This document shows positions 36,331 through 49,500 of a stretch of 64,000 bases of DNA, piece by piece (the stretch's first letter is position 1; each line of letters starts with the position of its first letter). The translations under genes were made by a program, and so were the position numbers. Source of the DNA: Octopus bimaculoides (taxonomy: Eukaryota); assembly GCF_001194135.2 (NCBI RefSeq), contig NC_069002.1, positions 36,222,485 through 36,286,484 on the forward strand, given 5' to 3'. A model generated the notes under the pieces. The model was not told the DNA's origin. It worked only from the letters and a program-made list of their open reading frames with translations, and did no database searches.

Positions 36331-37386
36331 CCAAGAGTAGAAAAGAATATTTTAAAACAAAGATTACGAACATAGAAAAAAATATCCATTAATTTCTATT
36401 TTTGTAAGCAGTTGTATGTATGTAGCATGTACATTTTTGTATGCAGTGTAAATTAACCAAATATAAGCAAACTGTAAATACCTCGCAAATGGGCAACTGC
36501 TGCGATAATTATCAACTGTTAATTGAACGGTAGATGTGTATTTTTATATAACTTGGACCTTCCACGTAATTGTGTTTTGTCAAGAGTTTCACCTCCAGCC
36601 GTTCTCGTCACATATGTATGTGTATGTGTAGATGTATGTGTGTGATTAATAATTTACGTAACGGGCACGCAAACACACTCACAGACACATACACATACAT
36701 ATACAAAATGTGACGATACTCTTACATGCAGTGACATATACATATCGTAAGAGAGACATGTACAGTCATACATTCACGCATGTTAATCGCCACATGTGCA
36801 TATGTATGTATAAATGTCTGTATGTATAAAAACGTACCTAACACAGAAACACACAGAATGAAAGAAACATACACACTCATACACCCACACACAGAGACAG
36901 ACACAGACACACTCATACATGTGACCTCATCGTCGTCGTGGTATAAAATGTCTTTTACTATCTCGTACTTATTGAACGCGCAAATACACACAGAAAAATG
37001 AAAGGACAAAAGTGAAAATTTTATATCATACAAGGAAGTCAATTCTTAGACAGAAATTACGAACCCCATTTCAGCGTATAAAGCTCTAGAAGAAAATAGT
37101 ATGAGTGAAAAAACTCGAGCCACTTTAAGATATCTTTTTCTAACGCATGAACGCTCAGTGGCGTGGTTGAATTCTCATTGGTTAGTAATGAAGGCTTCTC
37201 GGCTGTATCACAGCGGTTTTCAATAGAGAGAGAGAAATGTAAATAGTGTATTCAAATAGACAGAGTGGAAAAAAATTAAATTAAGGAATTTTGTAGAGAA
37301 AACGTACTAATAGCGTGAAGACAAAGATATTTACGCACAACAAAATTGAAATACATTGGAGTCAATTTTCAGAGAAAGGGAGAGAG

Positions 37387-37426
<40 letters not shown>

Positions 37427-37437
37427 TGTGTTTGTAT

Positions 37438-37492
<55 letters not shown>

Positions 37493-38827
37493 TTAGTGAA
37501 TGACACAGGCAGACTTAAAGAAAGAAAAGATAGAAATAAATAGAGAGAAAGGGGAGAGAATCGCTTGAAAACTGCAGAAGTCAGAGTGAGAGATTCGGTT
37601 GAAAATTGTCGTTTTTAGATAAAAACCCATGCGAAACACCTTTTTCCCAGGTCGGTTTCTCGCACTGCGCGGGAGCTCTGGGCAAAATGTTATAATGCAT
37701 GACCATCCTTGGAACATAAGTAATGTGTATGTAAAGTTTGGTGAAAATAGGTTGAAAACTCTAGGTCGCGACATCGAACAACCTCAGTTACCTGAGATGC
37801 AACTAGGAAAGCAGGATTATTGAAGATGTACCAAGACAAATTGACGGTGCAAGAGCATGGCCTCGGCTCAAGAGCTGAAGAAATAAAAGAGTTTAAGTGT
37901 ATATACACATCGATTCATTTATGTGTATATGCATGTATATACAACGTGAGGTTGATGTATTATATGTAAGACTTAGACAAACGAGTGCCGAAAGCAACCC
38001 ATTTTCTTATGATTTCTCCAACATAAGGAATATTATTATTACTTGAAAATTACTCGGCAAATTGTCTAGAATAAACTTGAAAATTCAGAGATGTGGCATG
38101 TGTCTACCTAATAAAATATTTAACAATTAAAAAGCACAGCAGACAAAAACACAAGTATGTATACATACCTCCATTTATATTTATACCTACTTACAATTCA
38201 TAGATGCACACACCCACACACACACGCACACACGAACGCACGCACACATGCACAAACACAGACACACACACTCAAATACACGCACACAGACACAGACTCA
38301 CACGCACACAAATACACAAACATAGACAGGCACGCACATACACAAACAGACACAGACCCACACATATTTATGCATGATTATACGTATACATGCATCTACG
38401 TTTGTGCATGGTATACATGTACAAAATTGGGATATATATATATGTATGTATGTATGTATGTACGCATAAATATACATATGTAAATACATGTATATATATT
38501 TGTGTATATGTGCTTATGAGAGAGATTTGTGCTTATGTCTAGAAATGTATTCGTGTGGGCATGTTATGCTGCAGTAAAAGAAATTATTGCTAACTTCTGC
38601 CATGGTTTATATCCACCAAGCACTTATATCCGTTATTATTATTTTTATACTTTTTCCTATATCTTTCTCATCTAATTCATATTCCTTTCATGCTGACATG
38701 TTGCCTATTACCATGTATCCGTCACCATTACATTTATCACTCATGTTAAATATGTATTTATGTATAAACATTTATACATACGTACATATATATATATATT
38801 AATGTATATTTTTTATACATATATATC

Positions 38828-38868
<41 letters not shown>

Positions 38869-39869
38869 AATCAAAATGTTATCTTTGTTTACAAATCTAT
38901 ATACACCCTTCCACAGTAACATGATTTTGGCTATCACCTTTCTACTATTTATTTGTTTCGGATATATCGGCAGTAGAAATATTTTACCAGTCATCACGTT
39001 ATGATCGTAAATCACAGGATGTGTATTTTTAACTGATAATTTTATATTATCGTTAGGCCCATATGCATGCAGATACGACACATATCTACATATACATGTA
39101 GAAATATATGCACAGATATGCAGAGACGTATATACATGCAGGCAACTATATATACGAAACATCTTAATATATACACATACGTGTGTGTGTATGTATGCAG
39201 ACATATATATATATTCATATGTGCATGTATGCATAAACGTGTGTTACAGACACTGTCGATATTTTTTTTCGATTAAAATGACATTTTTGTTTCTATTTCA
39301 TTTGCAATAAATCAATCAATCAATGACCCTATATATATATATATATATATTTCTGACTGAGGAGCGCAACAAAAACGGTATTTGATTTTATTGGTCGAAA
39401 TCTTCCTGGTTCGATAAAATAACATACTAATGTTCATTCTTTGATTCTACGTCTTGTACGTTAATTTGTGCCTCATTGCAAATATTTGCACTCCTTATTA
39501 ATTTACCATTTTCTATGTCTGCAGTCTAGGTATCCGTCGATGAACAACCAGGTTCATTGACATCGTGAAGATATACACCACTGTGGTTGATAGTTGCATT
39601 CTGTTCTACAGCTTTGCTGTTTAGACAAGGTTTTCGCTCCGCACCCATTTGATAGCATGTCAACTAACAAAGCTTGAGATTTTGTTAACCCCGAAAAAAT
39701 TTATTTATCATAAAAATTCCTTGGTGGAAAAAAAGCATTTGTTAATGAATGTCAGAGTCCTGATGCTATTTGTACGCAAGACGAGTGGAAGTAGGCTAAT
39801 TTAAAGTAAGATCAAGAGAATTGTAGATTAAAAAAAGAAAATGCGTCATATAAAAGATTGAAAAACAAA

Positions 39870-40340
39870 AGCAATGAGTGAGAACAAATGCTGCCAAAAT
39901 TTAAATGAAGAATAATAATAAACAACGAATATAAACGTTTCAATCACACCAGAAACGTGTATTCTTGAAAGAAATGCGAGAAATGATATAAGAATGATTG
40001 CTGAAGAAAGCAAAATATTGACCGTTGTTTAAGAACAGAAATAAAAGTCATCAAACATGATGGAGTGAGATCGTTGAGCAAGTTTCCAATTGAAACTAAA
40101 CGGAGAAAAGGCCACAAGAACTCAGATATTACAGTAATTATATAAATAATGTAAAGTATACATTATAACAAACATTGAAAAGGTCATTTGAAATCAAAGA
40201 TTGGCTGAGACGCACGAAATATTATTCTTTGTTTCAGCAAGAATTATCCGAAGAATTCTTGAGTGAAAGAAGATATAAACAAAGATCCATATAGATCCAA
40301 GATATCACTGACCTGTAAGAGAATGTTTTTTTTTCTTAAG
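39870..40340 (+). mobile_element. Possible decayed R4/Dong-like LINE, pre-RT region
   Basis: FQSHQKRVF and KDP motifs resemble FQxDQKRFY and LIQKDP; heavily degraded. Confidence 0.3.
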
Positions 40341-40842
40341 TGATTTTCTCCGATTTACAAATGTTTGCTTAAGGAAGTTCCATATATTGATAATACTTCA
40401 GAATATAAAAAGTATGTCGATACACAGTATTCAATTACACAGTGTCCAGCAAACCAACGCGAGAACATTTACGTGATCTTCCGAAATAAGAGTCAAGTCT
40501 GCATTATATCTTTTATTTGCTTGTATAAAAGAAAAGAGTGGACGAGTGGGTATTGACTGGTACATTTTCGGCCATACATCTGCTTGATCATAAACAACTA
40601 CGACAACAGATGCTGTTGCTGCATTTGCACCAATAATAATAAATGACAGCATACAAAATGTGGCACAAGAATCTACAAAGAAACATTGAAAAGGAACTAT
40701 GAAACTACGATGCCTCCTCTATAAACAGCTAAGTGAATCTAGCTATCACGCTACGACATCGTCATAGAAGACCTTTTTTTTTTTCGTGATTGAGGAAAGA
40801 ACGGCATGGTAGACGAACAAACTACGAGAGCTACTTCCCAAC

Positions 40843-40885
<43 letters not shown>

Positions 40886-42109
40886 TCTTGTTGTGGTCGA
40901 ATTCTATTTCCACGTTATTTCACGGAACTATTAAACGCGATCCTATTTGTACATTAATGATTCGATTATTTTTATTTTATTTTATTTTATTTATGTGTTT
41001 CTAGAACAAAACGAATACAAAAACAGCGGAGAGACAGAGAGAGTGGGTGGGAGACTGGGGAGGGGAGAACTGAAAAGCTGAAAGATTGATCGATCGATCG
41101 ATGAGTCTTGGAGGATTAGATGATAATATCACAAGACGATATAATGGTCTAATGGAAGCAGCTTCATCGACCATAGCTTTCGGTCTTCTTCATTGCCTTA
41201 TCGTTTCTCATGCTTTATATTTTTCTTTCATTTAGTTTTAGAATTTCGTTGTCTCTCCTCTACTCTCTCTCTCTCTCTCTTTATATGTATATATACACAT
41301 ACATGTATACATATATATATATTTATATATATATACACATACATGTATTCATATATATATATATGTACATACATGTATACATATACAAATATATATATAC
41401 ACACACACATATTATGCATACATATATATATATGTGTGTATGTGTGTGTATATGTGTGTGTGTGAGTGTGCACGGTTATACCTATTCATACATGAGGGTG
41501 TGTATGTGTGTGAATGTGCGTGCTTGATGATTTCTTACCAATAAGATCGAAATAAATGCCCAATAAACGTGAATTACACAAAGAAAATCCTAAATACTTC
41601 TAACGCACGCCTGTATTGAACACTTGTTGCCTTTGTGATTGTGTATATATGTATATATGTATTCATGTATCTATATACAAGCATCTCTATGTGTATATGG
41701 CATGTCTGTGTACATTTGACTGACAGAGAAATTGAGAGAGGGGCACCGAATGTGGGAGAAATATGTAACGAAATGGAGGTGAAAGTGAATATTTCTTAAC
41801 TTTGTTTTCCATTGTTCTTATATATTACATTTCCCGACATAAGACGAAAACTGGCATAGACAAATATCCTACATGTTACGTTCAGCCTCAACAATTTGCT
41901 ACATTAAAGTACAATGACACGCACATATACATATATATACTGTATGGTAATAAGCTTTCTTCCCAACCACATGGTTTCGAGTTCAATCCCAATGCCTGGC
42001 ACCTTGGCCTTTTCCTTTTTTACTATAATCTGAGGCTCAGCAAAACCTTGTGGGTGAATTTAGCAGCCAGACTCTAAACGAAGCCCGATGTACACACACA
42101 CACATACGG

Positions 42110-42400
42110 TATGATTGCTATAAGTTGTTTGAAGGATGGCAACTGTTTCAGCCGCCTTTTCCCCAAGCCAGAAACAGAATTTCACGGAAGCACCCTGCTC
42201 CTTCGTTTCAGCCATCGCAAAAATCAACTGCAAAACAAAGACAAACCACGTGGCAGTACGACTGTACAGGCCGATGATGGCCGGCAGACTGATACCTGAC
42301 GGTCACATGAATTGGCTTTTAACAGCGGAAGCCTGAACTACAACAGGTTTGTCCCACAGAGAACGTTTCCGATTACTTTTGAGCGCCACCTGGTATATGT
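42110..42400 (-). mobile_element. Mariner 5' end with TIR-like end and transposase N-terminus
   Basis: Minus strand MAETKEQGASVKFCFWLGEKAAETVAILQTTY (EQRxxIKFCFxLGK motif); TA-flanked end at about 42400. Confidence 0.75.
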
Positions 42401-44169
42401 ATATACTTATACATATACGTTTGTATACATGTATATATATATACATGTATATAGATAGATAGATAGGTTTCCATACACGTATGTGTGTGTGTGCGTGTGT
42501 GTATGTATATATATATATATATATATATATGGGGGTAATGGGAATGTTTGGGGTCGGCATGTATATAAATATGTATATATGATTCAGCTGAAATGTTTTC
42601 CTGCGGCTATGTGACCTTGCAGCAAATCAACGAATTTTCAATGTCTTACTAGAATGTTACTCTCATCCAAATTAGATTTCAAGAGAAAATGCAACGTATG
42701 AAGAATGACAAATAACCGAAAACAAACAAGAGAAAGACCAAGAGTCTCACTTTATACACGTAATATCTAACTCGAAACAGACACACAAATATTCATCATT
42801 CTGTTGAATAAATATTTTCTTCAATAAATGCCATAAATTATTCGAGAAAAATTCAGTAGAAATATATAACACATAATATTGTGCAAAATATTGCTACTTG
42901 GAACTAATCCAATAAACGTGGCTATTCTTAAACATTTCCAACTGCATTAATTCAAATAATTGTCCACGCTATCGTATGTATAAAATTCATCATACTGTAT
43001 ACATGGCTACGTAAAACAAACTCATCTGCCATATATTGGTTTTAATATGAGCCTCAGCAACTTCAGTTACCAGCAGTGTTCTTACACTTTTCATAATCAA
43101 AGCAGAAGCCACGATATGTCTCTTTCGAATTATATATAGTTTCTAAAAACGTAAAGCAATCAATTTCAGATCCAAAGCACTTTCTTTTTATGTCTCGTAT
43201 TATCAACACAAAATACCTGCAATTCATAACATCTTCGAAACTCACTTTCAGAAAATATCCCTTTGCTACTGCTACATCGAACTTATTCCTTTCTATGTAT
43301 GTATGTACGCCCTTGTGGGCGTGGAGTGATGCAATAACACCAGATGCAACGCACGGTGCATACATGACACCTTAGGTGAGATAATAAGGTTTACAGGTGG
43401 GAGATTTACATTTTAGTTTCGCTGTATTGAAAGGTTTTAACAGACAGATGCGCACATTCACACGTTTAAATCAATGCAAAGACATACAGACGCACACGTT
43501 ATTAATCATAATCGTGGGTACACGGCCTCACACACCACATGTATGTACGTCAGCCAATCACACACACAGCTATACACACATATACAAACACACCTACACA
43601 CACGGTTATATCCCTCAGGCCACAACGATTCACCCACCCAGACACATACAGAGATTACGTCAACACTGCTACCATGGAGCACATGCACTCAGGTACGCCC
43701 ACAGACACACTCACACAAGCACACTCACACTCACACCTTCACGGACCCGCACACACATACGCACCCTATCACACGCACACCACAGGATATACAAATCCAA
43801 ATGTACATTAACATCCATAGTTTCACATCTCTGCAGGTAAGTACACTTATACACTCTCACAGCTATACACACACACGTTCAGACACATATATACACATGT
43901 GCACATCAGTACAAACCAGAGTCTTCCACTCAGTACATATATATATACACATACAGGCATATAGAAACACATCGACTCTGTACATACATGCACACACAGA
44001 TTACACACGCTCACATTATTACTCAAACACATTCAGGCACAGAACAATAAACAGCACGTGCAACCCACACACCTATCCATGGGCACATAGCAATGTATGG
44101 AATGATAGCATGATGTTCACTCTTCATTATATATTATGGCAGTTTAGTGCTGTGTTTAAAGGGTGGTAA

Positions 44170-44900
44170 TATTTGAAGGTGGCTCTCATGGCATGTAAAC
44201 AACGTGTAATCCTTTCAGTTAATTTATTAATGACCTTTTCACTAGTAAGCCAGATTGATAGGGATTGTTCAGAACACAATCCACAGGTCCTACAATGTGT
44301 ATTTTAGGGTTTCGCATATTTCATAATTGACCATGTAATCTCATATTTAATCCTGTCGATTTTCAGTTGCTACAGAAAATCATCCGGCAATGTCACGTGT
44401 CACTTGTACAGTTTTTAAAACTAGAAACATGATTTCTATATCGATTTTTAAAAGAATCAGCCGTGGCACCAACGTACACATAAGGGCCTTCCCTCGAGTG
44501 CACAGTGCGTCTATAGACGATGCTACGAGTCAGGCAAAGAATATCCAATGGGCAATTAAATTTATCCCTGTAGGAGCACCTATCGGTTAAATTAATCGCT
44601 CCAACCATTTCACATTCAATTGGAATAAACTCTCCATTTTTTAGAATCTGAAATTTCTAAGTTAATTTACCCTGAGGGGGTTCTTTTGCGTTTTTCAACT
44701 TCATAATGCACTTTAAATTTGCATATATGGATGGAGCAATTAAGAGAAATGATGCGTATGCAATATGAATTGACTATGATAATGAAGTGGTTATCCTGTG
44801 TATGTATTCTCCATTTTCTTTATATCGTTAAAATTCTTCTCCTGTATCGAAAACAATGGAAACCTCTATAGCGACAACTGGTGTTTCCGAATTGCGAGGT
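44170..44900 (-). mobile_element. Penelope-like element, GIY-YIG endonuclease remnant
   Basis: NCPLDILCLTRSIVY, YVGATADSFKNRYRNHVSSF, YEITWSI..AKP, CGLC..INK..C.H. Confidence 0.85.
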
Positions 44901-45307
44901 TTTTATATCGAAGAAGAACAAACGATAAACACTAGTACATATACACATGTAGAATTGCCAATATCATTAAGCGATATCATCTAGATATTTACCAAAATAC
45001 AATATTCAAAATATTTCCGTTTCAACATAAAGGGAAGCAAAATGGTCAACTACGGAAGGCAAAAGAAGATGCTTTATAAGGATTCGAAATTCAAAACTAA
45101 ACTGAAAACCACCAAAACTGCTACTAAGAAAACATCTACCTCTATACATACATGTTTGAAAAGCTGAACATTACGAAAAGTGAAAAACTACTGCATAAAA
45201 ACATTCGTCTATAGAATGTATGTGATTAATTTTTTTAAAGAATATATAATGTAATATATAATTTTTAATTTACGAACAGTTTTTTTCACACATTTTTACA
45301 TTACGGC

Positions 45308-45366
<59 letters not shown>

Positions 45367-46139
45367 ATATATATATATAAGTTTATATATATGTATATAT
45401 TTGTGTTTTGTTTGTGTATGTATCTAAGAATGCATGCATGCATTCATGTATATCTGTAAGTATTTATGCATGTATGTATGTAGATAGGTAGGTAGGTATC
45501 AGTGTGTTAGTGATGGTACTTGTGAGGATACATAATATAAAAAAAAAGCTGATTTTCAATAATTGCAAATGGTGAATCAAATTCTTCTCTCGTTTATTGG
45601 CGCACAAATATGTCGATTGGAATCGACACGTTAAATGCACCGCTATATACTACGACAATATTAACTTCATTTTCAGACACTACTACTACTACTACTACTA
45701 CTACATGAGTAGTAGGAATAGTGTTGTACGACGAGTGTTGTTTTGTCGTTTTTAATAATCTACTAACACAATGTCAATGTTCAAATATGAGATTCTTCGT
45801 CAAATTTGATTATATTATCTTTTTTTTATATATATATATATATATTTCATTTGATTAATTATTACTTTTCTGGGTTTTTTTTTTGGTTGATGTTTTATTA
45901 GTCTTCACCATCCCCCCCCACACACACACACACTTTGTTTATTTCTCCTGCTTTCTTTCTTCGTTTCTTTCTTTTGTTTATAGTCATTACCCAAGCAATG
46001 TTATCACAAACTATTTCCTCTCTTTTAATAGACTTACTTTCGTTTATTGGCGAGAAAAACAATATTTTTTTCATGTATTTATTTATTTATTAGTTTATGA
46101 ATTTGCTCTTGCTGCTATTGTAGTTGTCAGTGCTGGTTG

Positions 46140-46440
46140 CGTTCTTCCTTTTCTTTCGCTCTTCTCTTTCTTTTCCTCCCCTCCTTTTCTTTTTCTTTCT
46201 TCTCCTTTTCTCTTTCCTTCTCTTTTTCATCTCTTTCCTTCTCTTCTTTTCTTCTTTCTCCTTTTTCTCCTTCCTATTCTCCCTCCTTCGTCTGCTCCCT
46301 CTCTTCCATCTCTTGTTCCTCTTTTTCCCCTCTTCTTCCTCTTTCTCCCCTCTTCTGCTTCCTCCCTTTCTCTGTTCTTCTTTGTCTTCTCCCCCCACTT
46401 CCTCTTCCTTCTTCTTCTCCGTCATCTTTGTTTTTCTCCC
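46140..46440. repeat. Polypyrimidine low-complexity tract
   Basis: About 300 bp of almost only C and T. Confidence 0.9.
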
Positions 46441-46699
46441 TCTTTACCAGGAGTTTCCATCGGGAAAATGTGATTTGTGTGTCGTCAGATATCTTCTCAA
46501 ATTGTCGCCCAAAAGTCTCTGATCTCAGGAATCTGTCTTTTCTGAAATTTAGAAATAAACATAACCGAATTGGAACGGTGGAGCAATAGCTGGTTCCTAG
46601 GTGCTATTCCACCTTTTTGTCTCTTGTAAGTACTAACATTTTTGAAACAATCTGGTGTTCTTGTCGTTCCTCATGATATCATTTCTCGTGGAACTTGCT

Positions 46700-47165
46700 A
46701 CTATTGATGCTGTTGTTGTGGTTGTTGTTGATGATGATGATGATGATGATGATTATTATTATCATGATGATTATCATGATGATGATGATGGTGATGATGA
46801 TCATGATCACGACGACGAGGAGGAGGGGAGGTGGAGAGGAGGTGGAGGAGACGATGATGCTCATGATGATGATGACGATGATTATTATCTTGATGATAAT
46901 GATGGTGATGATGATGATGATGATGATAAGGATGGTGATGTCATTCCCGATAGAAACTCTTCTCCTTGTTGTTGCTTTTATTGTTGTTGTTGACGATGTA
47001 CCGAAATTGAAAGTTAGATTATTCGATATCATGAAGACAAACTTTCTCCCCAACAGGAGCCAAGATTAGAGCAAAACGATGATGATGATGGTGATGATGA
47101 TTGTGGTGATACTCATGATGATGATGATGATGATGTTTGTGGTGATGATGCTGATGATGTTAATG
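46700..47165. repeat. Compound (GAT)n trinucleotide microsatellite
   Basis: GAT/GGT/GAC repeats. Confidence 0.9.
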
Positions 47166-48784
47166 AAAAGCAAGATAACGTTAGCTTTTGTCTTGTCTCG
47201 TTGAAATCTCATTTACTCTCGATCTAGATTGATTCATTTCTCTCTCCTGGCGGTTGATACAATTTATTGCAAGTGTTATACGTAAAATTATTTTATTTTG
47301 TTAAAGAGCCCCTCCTCTGTTGCTCCACCAATAGAAATGACAGATAAATTTCCTTTAAATTACATGCAATTTTAGAAAAAAAGGACGTGCAGGTCAACGT
47401 ATTTCTGGGATGGTCGTAGCTGGAAAAACTTATTGAACATAGGTTTAATCATTTAAGACTGATCTGGGGTTAAACATAATCAGCCCACAAAGATTTTCCA
47501 CGCATTGACAACCCGACCAATGTATATGTCCATATATATTATCCATTGGATTCTTCCGTTTTGAAGACACTGGATTTAGATCAATGGGTCTCAACTGGGT
47601 TCATATGGCTCCTGAGAGTACATATAAGATTTTTGAGGGTCCACGCAACAAACTAGTAAATTGAGAATCCACAATATTATGTTAAGGACCCTGAAAAAAT
47701 TTTGCTTTTGTTTCAGCACGATGGAATCGGGAACAATGTGTCTGTGAATCGGACTCCTTACCACCTGTCCGGGATACTTAAAAATTTGATGATCGGTCCT
47801 GAAATGATGCAAGACGAAGTCGATGGCGACAGAATTTGTTCTCAGAGGACGACGAACTAGAATGATTATTGCACGACATTCTAATCGTTGTACTGATGAT
47901 GGTTTTAATTCTTTGCCTGAAGAGGAACAGTAATCGGTTTGACCACATCGGCCACCAGTATAACACTACTTCTGTTTGTCAGAATAAAGCAATGTGCATA
48001 TCTTTTTTTTTTCTCTTCTTAAAAAAAGACAATCCACAGTGAATGCGAGAAAAAAGCCAAACGCTTAACTGAATGAAACATTAAACTAATTGGTTTGCAA
48101 AGAATCGTTTGATATATGAAAGTAAAAAGAAAGAAAATGGGAGAAAAAAATGTGAGCCGAAGACATTGCGAAAATAGTCATTATCTTAAGTAACGTAATA
48201 GTAATTACGAAGTAGTAGTAATAATGAGGCTGATGGTAATACTACTACTAGTAGTAGTAATAATAATAATAATCCATGAAAAACATAGGAAGACTTAAAA
48301 ACTGGACATGTACTTAGTGTATTTAGCCCGTCTAAAATGGTAAACGTTAGAAATAATTCCAGTGATACGTTGATGAATTTAATTTGTAAAGAATGAACGT
48401 GGGAGAAAACAAAGCAGATAATGTGTGTGTGTGTGTGTGTGCGTGCGCATGTGTGTGCGTGCGTGTGTGTATGTGCGCGTGTATGTGTTAGTGTATGTGT
48501 GTGTGTGAAATCTGGGGCTGATTGTTGAAAAGTGCATTAGATTTTTGTTTTTCTTTTTTGGTAATCATTAAAAGTAATACAAACAAGAGTAACTTGTAAT
48601 TAAAGGAATGTTAGGAGTTTAAGTGTTATAACTAATGCTAAATACAGAATTGAATTGGAAGGTAATAATAATCTAATGCTTAAACCCAAATAAGGAGCTA
48701 TTTTCATATCAGGCTGGGAAAAGAAATGTTAAATTACTCGCAGAAGGAATCTGTAGTAAGGAATTACATTATCTTGATAGGAAA

Positions 48785-49215
48785 AGGCGTGGCTGTGTGG
48801 TAAGAAGTTTGCGTCTCAATTATATGGTCCCAGGTTCAGTTCTACTGCGTGGTACCTTGGGCAAGTTTCTTCTATAACTTCGGGCCGATGAAAGTATTGT
48901 GAGCGGATTTGATAAGCGGAAACTGAAAGAAGCCACTCGTATATATATATAGATATGTGTGTATGTGTGTGCGAGTGTGTGTGTGCGAGTGCGCGCGTAT
49001 GTGTGCGCGTCTGTGACATGTTTGTCCCCCAACGTCGCTCGACAACCGGTGTTGGTGTGTTTATGTTCCCGTAACTTAGCGGTGGTGCAAAAGAACCGAT
49101 AGATTAAAGTAGCAATTTTTAAAATTAGTCAATGGCAGGGGGGGATATTTGTTCGACTAAATCCCTTCAAGACGGTGCCCTAGCATGGCCGAAGCCAAAT
49201 GATTGAAACAAGGAA
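48785..49215 (+). mobile_element. tRNA-derived SINE, family with a CCTTGGGCAAG core and an internal (TG)n tract, near full length
   Basis: Head GGCGTGGCTGTGTGGTAAG; partial relatives at about 13770-13950, 14690-15050, 25435-25545 (-), 31150-31265 and 41950-42085. Confidence 0.8.
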
Positions 49216-49253
49216 AAGGAAAAATTGAAAGGGAGGAGATATTTAAAGAAATA

Positions 49254-49500
49254 TTGGGTTGGTGCATAATTACTGCGGCTTTTTTTCAACGAATTTTATT
49301 CAACAAAAACAATAATAATATTTAACAAAAACATCTTTAAATGATGGTCTGACCGTCTGCCAAGCAAATGGGAAGCAGAAATTGAAGTAGATAGTGAATA
49401 TGCTCCGGAAAAATCATTTAAAGATGTTGTTGTTACATGTTATTGTTTTTGCTGAATAAAATTTATTGGAAAAAAAGCCGCAATAATTATGCACCAACTA
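49254..49500. mobile_element. Mariner-derived fold-back MITE
   Basis: Imperfect TIRs of about 100 bp (GTTGGTGCATAATTA.TGCGGCTTTTTTTC...); the central spacer encodes DRLPSKWEAEIEVDSEY, a mariner C-terminus remnant. Confidence 0.8.

Noticed and set aside
43474-44169. 231-aa His/Thr-rich ORF
   Set aside because: Degenerate (CA)n repeat
45883-47069. Several overlapping 110-196 aa ORFs
   Set aside because: Polypyrimidine and (GAT)n tracts lacking stop codons
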